This document shows positions 35,408 to 47,292 of a DNA stretch of 64,000 bases, one piece after another (the stretch's first letter is position 1; each line of letters opens with the position of its first letter). Where the stretch lies: positions 4,178 to 68,177 of the forward strand of contig CAMDML010000007.1 of assembly GCA_945902215.1 (NCBI GenBank), written 5' to 3'. The notes beneath the pieces are model-generated. The model was not told where the DNA came from and made no database searches. It was given only the letters and a program-made list of their open reading frames with translations. The stretch comes from Klebsiella pneumoniae. Its GTDB lineage: Bacteria > Pseudomonadota > Gammaproteobacteria > Pseudomonadales > Pseudohongiellaceae. The position numbers were made by a program, and so were the translations under genes.

Positions 35408-36586
35408 TTATTCCACAGCCTGCAATTCCAGGATTTCAACGGGGCTGATCATGTCGCCCACGGTGTTGCTCAAAGCATTGCGCTCGTATGTGATGACCGC
35501 GGCCAGATCGATCGGGCTGAGCTGGGCGCCGTATGCGGCCATCGCGGTACCTGCTTTGCCGTTGAGCACGATATCCACATGATCGGCAATCGGGCCGGTG
35601 GCAATCGCGCTGCCGGCCAACGCCGGGAAGGCGGGCGGCAGCCCCTGACCATTCTGCTGATGGCAGGCCATGCAATAGGTGGTGTAGACGGTTTGACCTT
35701 GGGCCACGAGCTGTTCCAGCGTGAAATCCTGGTTAGCCAGTTCGGCCACCGCTGCTGCGGCTGTTTGTTTTTCGGCAAGCCAGGCATCGAATTCAGTGGG
35801 CTCGACCACGTTCACCACGATCGGCATGAAGCCGTGGTTCTGTCCGCACAATTCGGTGCATTGGCCCCGGAAGGTGCCGGTTTGCTCGGCTAAGACCCAG
35901 GATTCATTGATGAAGCCCGGAACCGCATCTTTTTTCACGGCAAAGTCCGGCACCCACCAGGAGTGGATCACATCAGCCGACGTCAGCAGGAAGCGGACTT
36001 TCCGGTTGGCGGGAATTACCAACGGCTCATCGACTTCGAGCAGATAGTTCTCGCCCTTGGCGGCGACGTTGTTGATTTGCTCTTCCGGCGTGGCCAGATT
36101 ACTGAAGAACACAACTTCTTCGCCCTCTTCGGTCAGATAGCGGTACTGCCAACGCCATTGGTAACCAGTAATCAGGATGTCGAGCTCGGCTTCAGACGAG
36201 TCGTAAATGCTGGTGAGCACTTGCGTGGATGGAATAGCCATGCCGATCAGGATCACAAAGGGGATGACGGTCCAGATGACTTCTAACTTGGTGCTGTGGT
36301 TGAAGGTGGCGGGTACGGCGCCTTTGGATTTGCGGTATTTGAATAGCGACCAAGCCAACACGCCGTATACGACGATGCCTATCAACACGCAGATGATGAA
36401 AATGGTCATATGCAGGCTGTAGGTATCACGGCTTATGCTGGTGATGCCTTCCGGCATGTTCAGTTCCCAGTCTGCGAGCGCTGCATTACTGGTCAATTCC
36501 AGCACCAGAGCCAGTAACGCCGTCAACAATCCCAACCACACTTTGTTCTTGGGCCGCATGTGCCGTTTCTCCACGTCTTTGTTCAT
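35408..36586 (-). CDS. coxB: Cytochrome c oxidase subunit II with C-terminal cytochrome c domain
   Basis: CuA site CTELCGQNHGFM and an added CMACH haem c motif near the C-terminus. Two N-terminal TM segments. Confidence 0.95.
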   Translation of the reverse strand: MNKDVEKRHMRPKNKVWLGLLTALLALVLELTSNAALADWELNMPEGITSISRDTYSLHMTIFIICVLIGIVVYGVLAWSLFKYRKSKGAVPATFNHSTKLEVIWTVIPFVILIGMAIPSTQVLTSIYDSSEAELDILITGYQWRWQYRYLTEEGEEVVFFSNLATPEEQINNVAAKGENYLLEVDEPLVIPANRKVRFLLTSADVIHSWWVPDFAVKKDAVPGFINESWVLAEQTGTFRGQCTELCGQNHGFMPIVVNVVEPTEFDAWLAEKQTAAAAVAELANQDFTLEQLVAQGQTVYTTYCMACHQQNGQGLPPAFPALAGSAIATGPIADHVDIVLNGKAGTAMAAYGAQLSPIDLAAVITYERNALSNTVGDMISPVEILELQAVE

Positions 36587-37084
36587 TCTTGACTGTTGGT
36601 CTCGCTTTTCACGAATTATCTATACGCACAGGTGCGTAGAACCGCGCTGTCTTTTTAGTAAAAAAAACAAAACGCAGGCCAAACAAAAGCCCGAGGCGGC
36701 CGATGGCCGTCTCAAGATCCCCTAACTGTTGTTTTTATTTTTTGTTTATGAGGAGCCGCGCCTGACTACTGGCGCTGCTCTCATGCGTACTGCCGTCCAT
36801 CGCACCTGGATGTCCAGGATTTGAGACTCCGCACCGGGGCTCTTCTTTTAAGGTGCTCAAAGAAGCACAACGCCCGACGAAGGTTTCGCACGTGTATTGC
36901 TTTCAACTGCGTGCTCTAGCGGTGGAGATTATAGCAGCAAGACCGGCGCCGCTGTCATCCAATCAGCCCGCATTTGCGCTGATGTGCATCAAATTTCCTT
37001 ACTGTAGTTCGCCCCCCTTCGCTGTCCTTCCCAGGCAGCCTTGGCTAGAATCGCTGCCGCCGGCCACTCCGGAGGAAGCCACCC

Positions 37085-37630
37085 ATGACCATTCGTACCT
37101 TTCTCAACTATTCTCCCGTGCTGGGCGATCGTGTGTTTGTTGACGCTAGTGCAGTGGTAATTGGTCGCGTACGGTTGGGAGCGGACGTGTCGGTGTGGCC
37201 GCTAACCGCGATTCGTGGCGACGTTAATGATATTGCCGTGGGCGACCGCACCAACATTCAGGACGGCTCGGTGCTGCACAATACTTCGGCATCATCATCA
37301 CCCCCTCATGGCTTTCCGCTCGTGGTCGGCCGTGATGTGACTATAGGCCACAAGGTGATTCTGCATGGCTGCACCATCGGCGACCGGGTGCTGGTCGGCA
37401 TGGGCTCAATCATCATGGATGGCGCCGTAGTCGAGTCTGATGTCATCGTCGGCGCGGGCAGCGTGGTGACACCGGGCAAGGTGCTGGCGTCAGGCGGACT
37501 GTATGTTGGCGCTCCGGTCAAACGTGTGCGCGATCTGCGCCCGGAAGAGCTGGAGTTTCTGGGTTACAGCGCCGGGCATTATGTGAAGCTGAAGGATTTG
37601 CATCTCAGCTCCTCCGCAACGCTGAAATAG
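37085..37630 (+). CDS. Gamma-class carbonic anhydrase-like / hexapeptide-repeat protein (YrdA/PaaY family)
   Basis: Left-handed beta-helix hexapeptide repeats and the IRGDVNDIAVGDRTNIQDGSVLH metal-site pattern. Confidence 0.85.
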   Translation: MTIRTFLNYSPVLGDRVFVDASAVVIGRVRLGADVSVWPLTAIRGDVNDIAVGDRTNIQDGSVLHNTSASSSPPHGFPLVVGRDVTIGHKVILHGCTIGDRVLVGMGSIIMDGAVVESDVIVGAGSVVTPGKVLASGGLYVGAPVKRVRDLRPEELEFLGYSAGHYVKLKDLHLSSSATLK

Positions 37631-37648
37631 TTCACGCGCTGAAATAAC

Positions 37649-38467
37649 TCAGCACTTCCGCATTTCTGCGAGCACCGCGGCGGTATTCGGCAGCACGCCG
37701 CGCCAGAGCAGGAAAGCCTCCGCCGCCTGCTCTACCAGCATCCCTAGCCCATCCAGCGCTTTATGCGCACCGTTCTGCTGTGCCCAGCGACAAAATATTG
37801 TCGGCTCACTGCCGTACATGAGGTCGTAGCACCAGCTCTCTTGATGTAGCAGGCCCGCCGGCAACGGCGGCAGTTCACCTTGCAGGCTGGCTGCTGTGGC
37901 ATTGATGACCCAGTCGAAGGTCTGCCCATTCAGCGCCTCGAACCCACAGGGTGACACGGAACCGTGGCCGCTGAACAAGGTGGCAAGCTGTTCGGCCTTG
38001 CTGGCCGTGCGATTGGCAATGCAGATGCGCGCCGGCTGCTGTTGCAACAAAGGCAGCAGAATGCCACGCGTGGCGCCGCCGGCGCCCAGCACCAGAATTG
38101 ACGCGCCTCTGAGATGCCCGCCATGGTTCTGCATGATGTCGCGTACAAGACCAGTGCCATCGGTGTTGTGGCCATGCACGCTGCCATCGGCATTCTGCAA
38201 CAGCGTGTTCACCGCACCAGCCAGCTCAGCCTGCTGTGAGCGCACTCCCGCCAGCTCCCAGGCTTCTTGTTTGAACGGCACAGTGATATTCAGGCCTTTA
38301 CCGCCTTCTGCAAAGAACTGCAGGGCGCGCGCAGGAAAGGTGCCCGGCTCAACGAGCAGCGCGCGGTAATCAAGATTCTGTCCGGTCTGTTCGGCGAATG
38401 CGGCGTGAATGTACGGCGATTTGCTGTGGGCTACGGGATAACCCATCACGGCATAGTGGTCGGTCAC
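37649..38467 (-). CDS. aroE: Shikimate dehydrogenase
   Basis: YAVMGYPVAHSKSPYIH, NITVPFK and GAGGATRG motifs. Confidence 0.93.
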   Translation of the reverse strand: MTDHYAVMGYPVAHSKSPYIHAAFAEQTGQNLDYRALLVEPGTFPARALQFFAEGGKGLNITVPFKQEAWELAGVRSQQAELAGAVNTLLQNADGSVHGHNTDGTGLVRDIMQNHGGHLRGASILVLGAGGATRGILLPLLQQQPARICIANRTASKAEQLATLFSGHGSVSPCGFEALNGQTFDWVINATAASLQGELPPLPAGLLHQESWCYDLMYGSEPTIFCRWAQQNGAHKALDGLGMLVEQAAEAFLLWRGVLPNTAAVLAEMRKC

Positions 38468-38506
38468 TGACTGAATCCTTCGCCGCTCTTGCAGCGCGTT
38501 GAAAAG

Positions 38507-40044
<1,538 letters not shown>

Positions 40045-40082
40045 GGTGCCGCTCCGTTACTGCCGCGTATTTTGGCATTCCC

Positions 40083-41051
40083 TTACGGCGTGGACAAAAC
40101 ATATCCATCGCCGCGGTTGTGAATGAAGCCGCCCAGTTCGAGTTTCATCAAATGGCTATAGAGGGCGGTGAGCTCACAGCCACTGCGCTGCAGCAGTGTA
40201 TCGACCGAAACCGGATCATAGGCGATGTGCTTAAGTACATCCCGCAACGGCTTGGTGAGCGCGCCTCTTTTGCCCTCCGCTTCCTGCGTTGCAACCCGTT
40301 CTTGCTCCCAGTGCAGTAGTGCCGGAACTTCATCCAGAATATCAGCCACGTTTTCCACCAGCTTTGCGCCCTGCCGGATGAGCCGATGACAGCCACGCAC
40401 CATCGGGTTATGAATGGAGCCGGGCAAAGCAAACACTTCACGGCCCTGCTCCCCCGCGAGTCGCGCGGTAATCAGCGAGCCACTTTGCTCTGCCGCTTCA
40501 ACCACGAGCACGCCGTGCGCCAAGCCGCTGATGATCCGGTTACGCAGCGGGAAATTAGATGGATAACTCGGGACCTCCGGCATGAACTCGGAAACCACTG
40601 CGCCGCGTTCCGCAATTTTGCCCGCCAGCGCTGTATTTTTTTCGGGATAGATCCGCTCGAGCCCGGAGCCGAGCACAGCAATTGTCACGCCGTTGCACTC
40701 GAGCGTTCCACGATGCGCTTCGGTATCAATGCCCTGTGCCAATCCGCTCGTCACCACATACCCCGCCGCGCTCAGCCCGGCGGCAAATAGCCGCGCATTC
40801 TTGCACCCATCGGCCGTGGGGTTGCGGCTGCCAACAATGCCAATTTGCGGCAGAGCGAGCACTTCAATATTGCCGCACACAAACAACACGGGCGGCGGAT
40901 CGGCGATTTCGCGCAACAGTGGTGGGTAATGCGGATGATCGAGGGGCAGCAAATGCCGGCCAGGCTGTTCTGCCCAGCGCAGGCAGGCGGCGCGTTCTTG
41001 CGGGGAGTAGTCCGGCCATGGCCGGGATTCCGGAGAGGTCATGCTGATCAT
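40083..41051 (-). CDS. dprA: DNA-processing protein DprA/Smf (short N-terminus)
   Basis: Rossmann-like core GIVGSRNPT...SGLAQGIDTEAHRG...VVEAAEQSGSLITA and a C-terminal winged-helix tail. Start trimmed to MISMTSPE (41051; 41042 is an alternative). Confidence 0.88.
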   Translation of the reverse strand: MISMTSPESRPWPDYSPQERAACLRWAEQPGRHLLPLDHPHYPPLLREIADPPPVLFVCGNIEVLALPQIGIVGSRNPTADGCKNARLFAAGLSAAGYVVTSGLAQGIDTEAHRGTLECNGVTIAVLGSGLERIYPEKNTALAGKIAERGAVVSEFMPEVPSYPSNFPLRNRIISGLAHGVLVVEAAEQSGSLITARLAGEQGREVFALPGSIHNPMVRGCHRLIRQGAKLVENVADILDEVPALLHWEQERVATQEAEGKRGALTKPLRDVLKHIAYDPVSVDTLLQRSGCELTALYSHLMKLELGGFIHNRGDGYVLSTP

Positions 41052-41073
41052 CCTTGATCCTGGGGGGGTGTTT

Positions 41074-41108
41074 ATTCCGTTGCCTATTCCGTTGCCTATC
41101 CGTTGCCT
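41074..41108. repeat. 12-bp tandem repeat (12+12+11 nt) seeded on the lysM-gene stop codon
   Basis: Plus strand attccgttgcct / attccgttgcct / atccgttgcct. Minus strand TAGGCAACGGA TAGGCAACGGAA TAGGCAACGGAA. The first TAG is the stop of the LysM gene. Confidence 0.9.
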
Positions 41109-42249
41109 ACTCCGGTGTGACGGCCCGATCTTCCATGCGAATTTCGCGCGAACTGTCGAGAACCACACCAAGACTTGCATTATCGAACACCCGGTAGACT
41201 AGTACCGTGGCGATGTTTTTGCCAGAAAATGTTGCCTCGCCCGAACCCGCAAAACCTATCAAATGTACGAGCCCCTGCCAGAGACTGCGCTTGCCGATCC
41301 GATCATCGACAACTTCAGCCGGCTCCTGGACGGTGAGCAAGTGGCCCACCGCGATGCCCTTGTCAGTGCCAGCATTGAGTATCAGCGTGTCATAAATCCC
41401 TGCGATGGTATGGCTGGCTCCGAAACTGACTATGGCGGCATCCACCGGGAACGAGGGCGGGGCCGGCATGAGGGACGCATCAAGAGTGGCGCCGGTACGG
41501 GGAATCAGGCGGTCACCTTCGCGGATTTCCATGTTACTGCTGGTGATGGCAAGTACCGCTTCACTGAAGTCACTGCGGGTGAGCGTTGCGGTGCCCACTT
41601 GCAGCGCCTCAATACCCAGATCGTCGCCCGTATCAGGATCTTCGAGATCGCGGCCAGGACGCACAATATCGTAAACAGCAACTCCTTCTGACCAAGTGCC
41701 GCGGGCCAGTGCTTCATGGCCTGCGGCCAAGATGGTGCGGCCTTCGCGGCCACTAAGTATGTATGGCGCATCCTCAAACAGATCATCGCTAACCACGTAG
41801 TCTGCACTGAGATAGGCGCTGATTTCTTCCAGAGGAATTGCGGCAATCGGTCGTGGCTGCGATGGGTTCGTCAGCAACTCGCGCCGGACCTGGGGGGAAA
41901 GTCGAACAGTGCGCATCTCAGGCACATCGCCGCGGCTGAGCCGCAACACTGGGCTGCCGTCGACATAGGCGAGTTCAATAACATCACCCGGGTAAATCAA
42001 ATCAGGATCGGAGATCTGGGGATTGATCTGCCAGACTTCGGGCCAGAGCCAGGGCTCTTCGAGGAACATGCCGGCGATGTCCCAGAGGGTATCGCCTTCT
42101 TTTACTGTGTACTCACCGGGAGAGTTCTCACGGATATTCACCTCCGCGCTCCACGCTGGCGTCAGCCACAACAGAGCTGCCAGACCCAAGATGAGGGGTG
42201 CTTTTCCAGCAACTTTTCCTTTACCTGCGGCTGTGGACAAGCGTGGCAT
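41107..42249 (-). CDS. LysM domain-containing periplasmic protein
   Basis: Signal peptide, then a LysM motif YTVKEGDTLWDIAGMFLEEPWLWPEVWQINPQISDPDLIYPGDVIEL. Conserved partner of dprA/def loci. Start trimmed to MPRLST (42249). Confidence 0.85.
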   Translation of the reverse strand: MPRLSTAAGKGKVAGKAPLILGLAALLWLTPAWSAEVNIRENSPGEYTVKEGDTLWDIAGMFLEEPWLWPEVWQINPQISDPDLIYPGDVIELAYVDGSPVLRLSRGDVPEMRTVRLSPQVRRELLTNPSQPRPIAAIPLEEISAYLSADYVVSDDLFEDAPYILSGREGRTILAAGHEALARGTWSEGVAVYDIVRPGRDLEDPDTGDDLGIEALQVGTATLTRSDFSEAVLAITSSNMEIREGDRLIPRTGATLDASLMPAPPSFPVDAAIVSFGASHTIAGIYDTLILNAGTDKGIAVGHLLTVQEPAEVVDDRIGKRSLWQGLVHLIGFAGSGEATFSGKNIATVLVYRVFDNASLGVVLDSSREIRMEDRAVTPE

Positions 42250-42451
42250 GGACTTTCTCCGTCGATCCAAAAACCCGCGATATAATAACAATAAGTTATG
42301 CCCTTATATAGGCTTAGGCCAAATTCATTAGGTAATTTGTCACCATTTTGTGAGCCATGCCCGGCTTTGCTTTGCGCTGGCCTGCCGTAACAACACCCTC
42401 TGAATTCGCGTATCATTCCCCTTTATTTGCCCCTAGTTCGTCGTTGTAGTC

Positions 42452-42964
42452 ATGAGCCTGCTGACCATTCTGGAATACCCTGACCTGCGCCTGCGCAAGC
42501 GCGCCACCCCCGTCAAGGAGGTGGACGACGCCATGCGCAGCCTGATCGACGACATGTTTGAAACGATGTATCAGGCTCCTGGAATCGGGCTCGCTGCCAC
42601 CCAGGTCGATGTGCACAAGCGGCTGCTGGTGCTCGATGTGTCGGAAAATAAGGACGCGCCACTGGTGTTCATCAACCCCGAAGTCGAGGTTCTGGACCCC
42701 GAGCCACTGGGTTATGAAGAAGGCTGTCTGTCGGTGCCGGGTTACTTTGATCTCGTCACTCGCCCGAAAAAAGTCAGGGTGAAAGCGCTCGACCGCGATG
42801 GGAGGCCCTTTGAAATGGAGCTCGAGGGTTTGCTTGCTGTCTGCGTACAGCACGAGATTGATCACCTCGACGGCAAGCTGTTTGTCGACTATTTGTCGAT
42901 CCTCAAGCGCCAGCGCATTAAGCACAAATTGCTCAAGGAACAGAAGCAGAAGGCCAGCGCATGA
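42452..42964 (+). CDS. def: Peptide deformylase
   Basis: [16 protein letters not shown] and QHEIDHLDG motifs. Confidence 0.97.
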   Translation: MSLLTILEYPDLRLRKRATPVKEVDDAMRSLIDDMFETMYQAPGIGLAATQVDVHKRLLVLDVSENKDAPLVFINPEVEVLDPEPLGYEEGCLSVPGYFDLVTRPKKVRVKALDRDGRPFEMELEGLLAVCVQHEIDHLDGKLFVDYLSILKRQRIKHKLLKEQKQKASA

Positions 42965-42995
42965 GGGCGGGTCTGTTCTGACCCGAGGTCCCGCC

Positions 42996-43967
42996 ATGCC
43001 AGCCAGTAAGCTTCGCTTCGTTTTCGCCGGAACCCCTGATTTCGCCGCTCGCCATTTGGCTCATCTGTTGCAGCAAGGGCATCATGTTGTTAGTGCTTAC
43101 TCTCAGCCAGATAGGCCGTCTGGAAGGGGCAAGAAGCTGGCCCCCACGCCCGTTAAGGCTTTGGCTGAAAGCCATGGCATCCCTGTTAGACAGCCCCCCG
43201 CTCTTGATCAACCTGCCCTCGCTGAACTGGCCGCCCTTAAGCCAGACTTGATAATCGTCGTAGCGTATGGGCTGTTACTGCCACCTGCCGCACTCGCCCT
43301 GCCTCGTCTCGGTTGCATCAACGTACACGCCTCACTTCTGCCGCGGTGGCGCGGCGCGGCCCCGATTGAACGCGCCATTCTGGAAGGCGACCGGGAGACC
43401 GGGATTAGCATCATGCAGATGGATGCCGGACTTGATACCGGGGCGGTGCTCGCCACAGCGGCGACTCCGATCAGCGCGAGCGACAACAGCGAAACGTTGA
43501 CGGAACGTCTGGTGAGCTTCGGGTGCGAAACCTTAAGCGCAGTGCTGGATCAGCTCGCTGCCGGCACTGCCAAGGCCGTTCCCCAGAATGCGACGCTAGC
43601 AACCTATGCGCGCAAACTACGCAAGGATGATGCCGGAATAATCTGGGAAGGCAGTGCGGCTTATATTCACAATCAGGTTCGTGCGTTATATCCGCGTTCG
43701 CCGGCTTATTGTCTTTACCAGGGACAACGGTTACGCATCCTGCGTACACGCATGATTCCAGGGGTGCTCTCTGCCAAGCCTGGAACAATCATCGAAATGG
43801 CGGAAGATGTGATGGCCGTCGCGTGCGGAGATGGAGCTCTGGAAATCCGCCTGATTCAAATGGAAGGCAAAACCCCGATGACCTTGCGCGAACTGCTCAA
43901 CGGTCGCCCCGGCTATTTCAAGCCCGGTACTCTGCTCTTATCGGCTTCGCAACATGCCCCGGAGTGA
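42996..43967 (+). CDS. fmt: Methionyl-tRNA formyltransferase
   Basis: RFVFAGTPDFA, QPDRPSGRGKK, NVHASLLPRWRGAAPI motifs. Start trimmed to MPASKLR. Confidence 0.95.
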   Translation: MPASKLRFVFAGTPDFAARHLAHLLQQGHHVVSAYSQPDRPSGRGKKLAPTPVKALAESHGIPVRQPPALDQPALAELAALKPDLIIVVAYGLLLPPAALALPRLGCINVHASLLPRWRGAAPIERAILEGDRETGISIMQMDAGLDTGAVLATAATPISASDNSETLTERLVSFGCETLSAVLDQLAAGTAKAVPQNATLATYARKLRKDDAGIIWEGSAAYIHNQVRALYPRSPAYCLYQGQRLRILRTRMIPGVLSAKPGTIIEMAEDVMAVACGDGALEIRLIQMEGKTPMTLRELLNGRPGYFKPGTLLLSASQHAPE

Positions 43968-45246
43968 GCGGCAGCAGGCCTGCGCAATCCTCGAACCCAT
44001 CTTTCGCGGTGTCGGCTCGCTAGCGCAGGCTTTCGGCTCCGGCTGGAGCGCGCCCGCAGAACTCAGCGCGGCGCTGATTCAGGAGCTCAGTTATGGCGTA
44101 TGCCGTTGGCATCACCGCCTGCAGTTTTATGCGCAAGTCTTGCTTGAAAAACCATTGCGCGCGAAGGACAGCGATGTCCACTGTCTGATCCTGATCGGGT
44201 TGTATCAACTTTTTTACTTGCGCATACCGGCGCACGCAGCGATCCACGAAACAGTGGAAGATGCAGCGCTACTCGGTAAGCCCTGGGCGAAAAGTCTGGT
44301 CAATGCGGTATTGCGTGAAGCGCAGCGGCAACGCGAGGATCTGCTTGCGCGGGCAGAGCGCGACTATTCTGTGTGGTATTCGCATCCCGAGTGGTTGCTG
44401 AAACGACTGAAACAGGATTGGCCTGCGGACTATCGGGCAATCCTTGACGCAAATAATGCGCGCGCGCCGATGACGCTGCGGGTGAATCTGCACAAAATTT
44501 CTCGGCGCGAATATGCCGCGCTTTTACAGCAACATGGTCTGCCTGCGCGTGAAAGCATGTTAGCCGCGACCGCGTTGATGCTCGATGCGCCGTGCGATGT
44601 GCGAACCTTGCCAGGCTTTGCGGAGGGGCTAGTCAGTGTGCAGGACGAAGCCTCGCAGCTTGTTGCGCAGCTGCTGCCGCTGGCGCCAGGCTTGCGTGTG
44701 CTCGATGCCTGCGCCGCGCCAGGAGGCAAAACCTGCGCGCTACTTGAAGCAGAATCCAGTTTGACTATTCTTGCTCTCGATAAAGAAGAGCGGCGCTTGC
44801 CCAGAATGCGTGACAACCTGGCGCGCCTGGGTCAGCAGGCAGACGTGCGCTGCGGAGATATCACCACCGCGTCTTTTCCGGTGGAAAGCTTCGACCGTAT
44901 TTTGTTGGATGTTCCCTGCTCCGCTACCGGCGTGGTCAGGCGCCATCCCGACATCAAACTACTACGCACGGAAGCCGAAGTGACCGCACTGTGCCGGACA
45001 CAGCAAGCCCTGCTGCGCGCCGCATGGCCACTGCTCGCGCCGGGTGGCTATTTGTTGTATTCCACCTGCTCTGTGCTCGCGGAAGAAAATCATTGCCAGA
45101 TCGAGCGTTTTCTCGCGGAGCAGCCGACTGCAAAAATACAGCCTCTTGAAATCCCGGCGGCACGGCCTTGTGCCGCCGGCCTGCAACTGTTGCCCACTGA
45201 CGGGGGGCATGATGGTTTTTACTATGCTCTGCTGAAGAAAGGCTGA
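43954..45246 (+). CDS. rsmB: 16S rRNA (cytosine967-C5)-methyltransferase RsmB
   Basis: NusB-like N-terminal domain and a SAM MTase core (DACAAPGGKT, DVPCSATGVVRRHPD, TCS). Confidence 0.92.
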   Translation: MPRSERQQACAILEPIFRGVGSLAQAFGSGWSAPAELSAALIQELSYGVCRWHHRLQFYAQVLLEKPLRAKDSDVHCLILIGLYQLFYLRIPAHAAIHETVEDAALLGKPWAKSLVNAVLREAQRQREDLLARAERDYSVWYSHPEWLLKRLKQDWPADYRAILDANNARAPMTLRVNLHKISRREYAALLQQHGLPARESMLAATALMLDAPCDVRTLPGFAEGLVSVQDEASQLVAQLLPLAPGLRVLDACAAPGGKTCALLEAESSLTILALDKEERRLPRMRDNLARLGQQADVRCGDITTASFPVESFDRILLDVPCSATGVVRRHPDIKLLRTEAEVTALCRTQQALLRAAWPLLAPGGYLLYSTCSVLAEENHCQIERFLAEQPTAKIQPLEIPAARPCAAGLQLLPTDGGHDGFYYALLKKG

Positions 45247-45265
45247 TCCTTTTTGTTCAGGGGGC

Positions 45266-46153
45266 CTAATAGGGGCGTTGTCGACCTTCCGGCTGCCGTT
45301 TGAAGCGCTTGTATTCCCATTGGTATTGCTCCGGTATGCCTGCCATCAGGGCTTCGACACTGCGGTTCATGCCCGCCAAAGCCGTTAGAATATGCTCGGC
45401 ATATGCCTCGGACTCCGGGGCCTTAAACACGATCGTAAACCCATGCTTTATTCCTGGCTCCCGCCGAGCAAAGCCCATAACAATGCGCGCCCCGGTTTTC
45501 TGTTGCAGCCGGCAGGCCAGCGTCATGGTCAGGGCGGGGACACCAAACAGAGGTGCAAATTCGCCACCGCTGTTGGGGGGAACCTGATCCGGGAGAATGC
45601 CGACCAGCTCGCCGCGTCGTAACGCCTGCAACAACTCACCCACCCCCTTGGTGTCCGTAGCGGCCATGCGCGCTCCGGCGCGGCTGCGGGCCTGATGGAT
45701 TAGCGCATCCAGCAGCGGGCTATCCGGTGCCTGATACAGCTGACTGCTCTGTCCGCAGCCGCAAGCGCTCAGGTACAAGCCGAAGATTTCCCAATTGCCC
45801 AAATGCGGGGCAAGGACGATAACACCGCGGCCGTGTGCATGTGCCTCCTGCAACAGCTCTAGTCCTTCGACCCGGTGGACCAGGCTCAGCGTGCGCGCTA
45901 TAGGCCATAGCCAGATTGCACCGGATTCAGCGACCGTCATAAAGGTGTGGCGCAGACTTTGCCGTGCGAGCGAGTTACGTTCTGCTGCGCTCAGGCCGGG
46001 AAAACACAATTCAAGATTGATTGCGGTTGTGCGCGCCATGCGCCGCCGGGACAGCCAGCACAAATCACCCAGCCACATGCCAATGATGCGTGCCATACGC
46101 AGCGGCAACCGCGACAACAAGTGCAGCAGAACGACGGCGAGACGCGCCTTCAT
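45266..46153 (-). CDS. Lipid A biosynthesis (Kdo)2-lipid IVA acyltransferase, LpxL/HtrB family
   Basis: About 295 aa, N-terminal TM, HLGNWE (HX4E) catalytic motif, typical length and pattern. Confidence 0.8.
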   Translation of the reverse strand: MKARLAVVLLHLLSRLPLRMARIIGMWLGDLCWLSRRRMARTTAINLELCFPGLSAAERNSLARQSLRHTFMTVAESGAIWLWPIARTLSLVHRVEGLELLQEAHAHGRGVIVLAPHLGNWEIFGLYLSACGCGQSSQLYQAPDSPLLDALIHQARSRAGARMAATDTKGVGELLQALRRGELVGILPDQVPPNSGGEFAPLFGVPALTMTLACRLQQKTGARIVMGFARREPGIKHGFTIVFKAPESEAYAEHILTALAGMNRSVEALMAGIPEQYQWEYKRFKRQPEGRQRPY

Positions 46154-46323
46154 GCTGGATGTGCGTTTTCGGCAATCATGATCAGGTGATTTTGCTCAGA
46201 CCTGAAGGGGGGTTTGCTCTCGCCATCATCCGGGCTTTTCAGGATAATGGCGGCCTTTTTGTCACTTCTGTATTTTTGCTATTGCCGTAATGGTACCCGA
46301 ACAGGGGCCGCCTGGAGTCTTTT

Positions 46324-47292
46324 TTGTCCTCTCAAGCAAGCAAGCCTGATGTATCGACGTTTCAGGGTCTGATCCTCGCGCTGCAACAATTCTGGGCCGA
46401 CAACGGCTGCGTACTCATCCAGCCTCTCGACATCGAAGTTGGCGCCGGCACTTTTCACCCGGCGACCTTTCTGCGTGCGATCGGCCCCGAAAGCTGGAAC
46501 ACGGCCTATGTCCAGCCGTGTCGGCGACCCAGCGACAGCCGCTATGGTGAAAACCCGATGCGCCTGCAACATTACTATCAGTTCCAGGTGCTGCTCAAAC
46601 CGTCGCCGCTCAATATCCAGGATATGTATCTGCAGTCTCTGCACCACCTCGGCATCGACACCCGTATTCATGACATCCGCTTTGTTGAAGACAATTGGGA
46701 GTCGCCAACGCTGGGTGCGTGGGGGCTGGGCTGGGAGGTGTGGCTGAACGGCATGGAGGTCACGCAGTTCACGTATTTCCAGCAGGTGGGCGGACTGGAG
46801 TGCTATCCGGTCAGTGGTGAGATCACTTACGGGCTCGAGCGCATTGCGATGTATTTGCAGGGCAAAAACAGCATCTTCGACATCGTCTGGGCGCATACAC
46901 CGAACGGCACCGTGACCTACGGCGATGTGTTCCGCCAGAATGAAGTCGAGATGTCTGGCTACAACTTTGAACACGCCAACACCGACAACCTGTTCAGATA
47001 TTTCGGTGACTGCGAAACGCAGTGCCAGCATCTGATCGAAACCAAGCTGGTGTTGCCCGCCTATGAACAAGTGCTGAAGGCCTCGCACTATTTCAATATG
47101 CTCGATGCGCGCTCAGCGATTTCCGTCACCGAACGGCAGCGCTACATTCTTAGAGTGCGCACTCTGGCGCGCGAAGTGGCGCAGGCCTATTACGCTTCGC
47201 GCGCGCGGCTTAAGTTCCCGCTTGCGCCTGAAGCGCTGCGCACCGAGTGTCTGACGAAATGGCAAGAAGCGAACCCGGAGAAGAGCGTATGA
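46324..47292 (+). CDS. glyQ: Glycine-tRNA ligase alpha subunit
   Basis: [25 protein letters not shown]..., strongly conserved GlyQ sequence. TTG start; no in-frame ATG nearby. Confidence 0.96.
   Translation: MSSQASKPDVSTFQGLILALQQFWADNGCVLIQPLDIEVGAGTFHPATFLRAIGPESWNTAYVQPCRRPSDSRYGENPMRLQHYYQFQVLLKPSPLNIQDMYLQSLHHLGIDTRIHDIRFVEDNWESPTLGAWGLGWEVWLNGMEVTQFTYFQQVGGLECYPVSGEITYGLERIAMYLQGKNSIFDIVWAHTPNGTVTYGDVFRQNEVEMSGYNFEHANTDNLFRYFGDCETQCQHLIETKLVLPAYEQVLKASHYFNMLDARSAISVTERQRYILRVRTLAREVAQAYYASRARLKFPLAPEALRTECLTKWQEANPEKSV

Noticed and set aside
36853-37143. 96-aa plus-strand ORF in the coxB-upstream gap.
   Set aside because: It overlaps the start of the gamma-CA-like gene in another frame and has no ribosome-binding site or motifs. 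A 13-codon ORF at 36782 was likewise dismissed.
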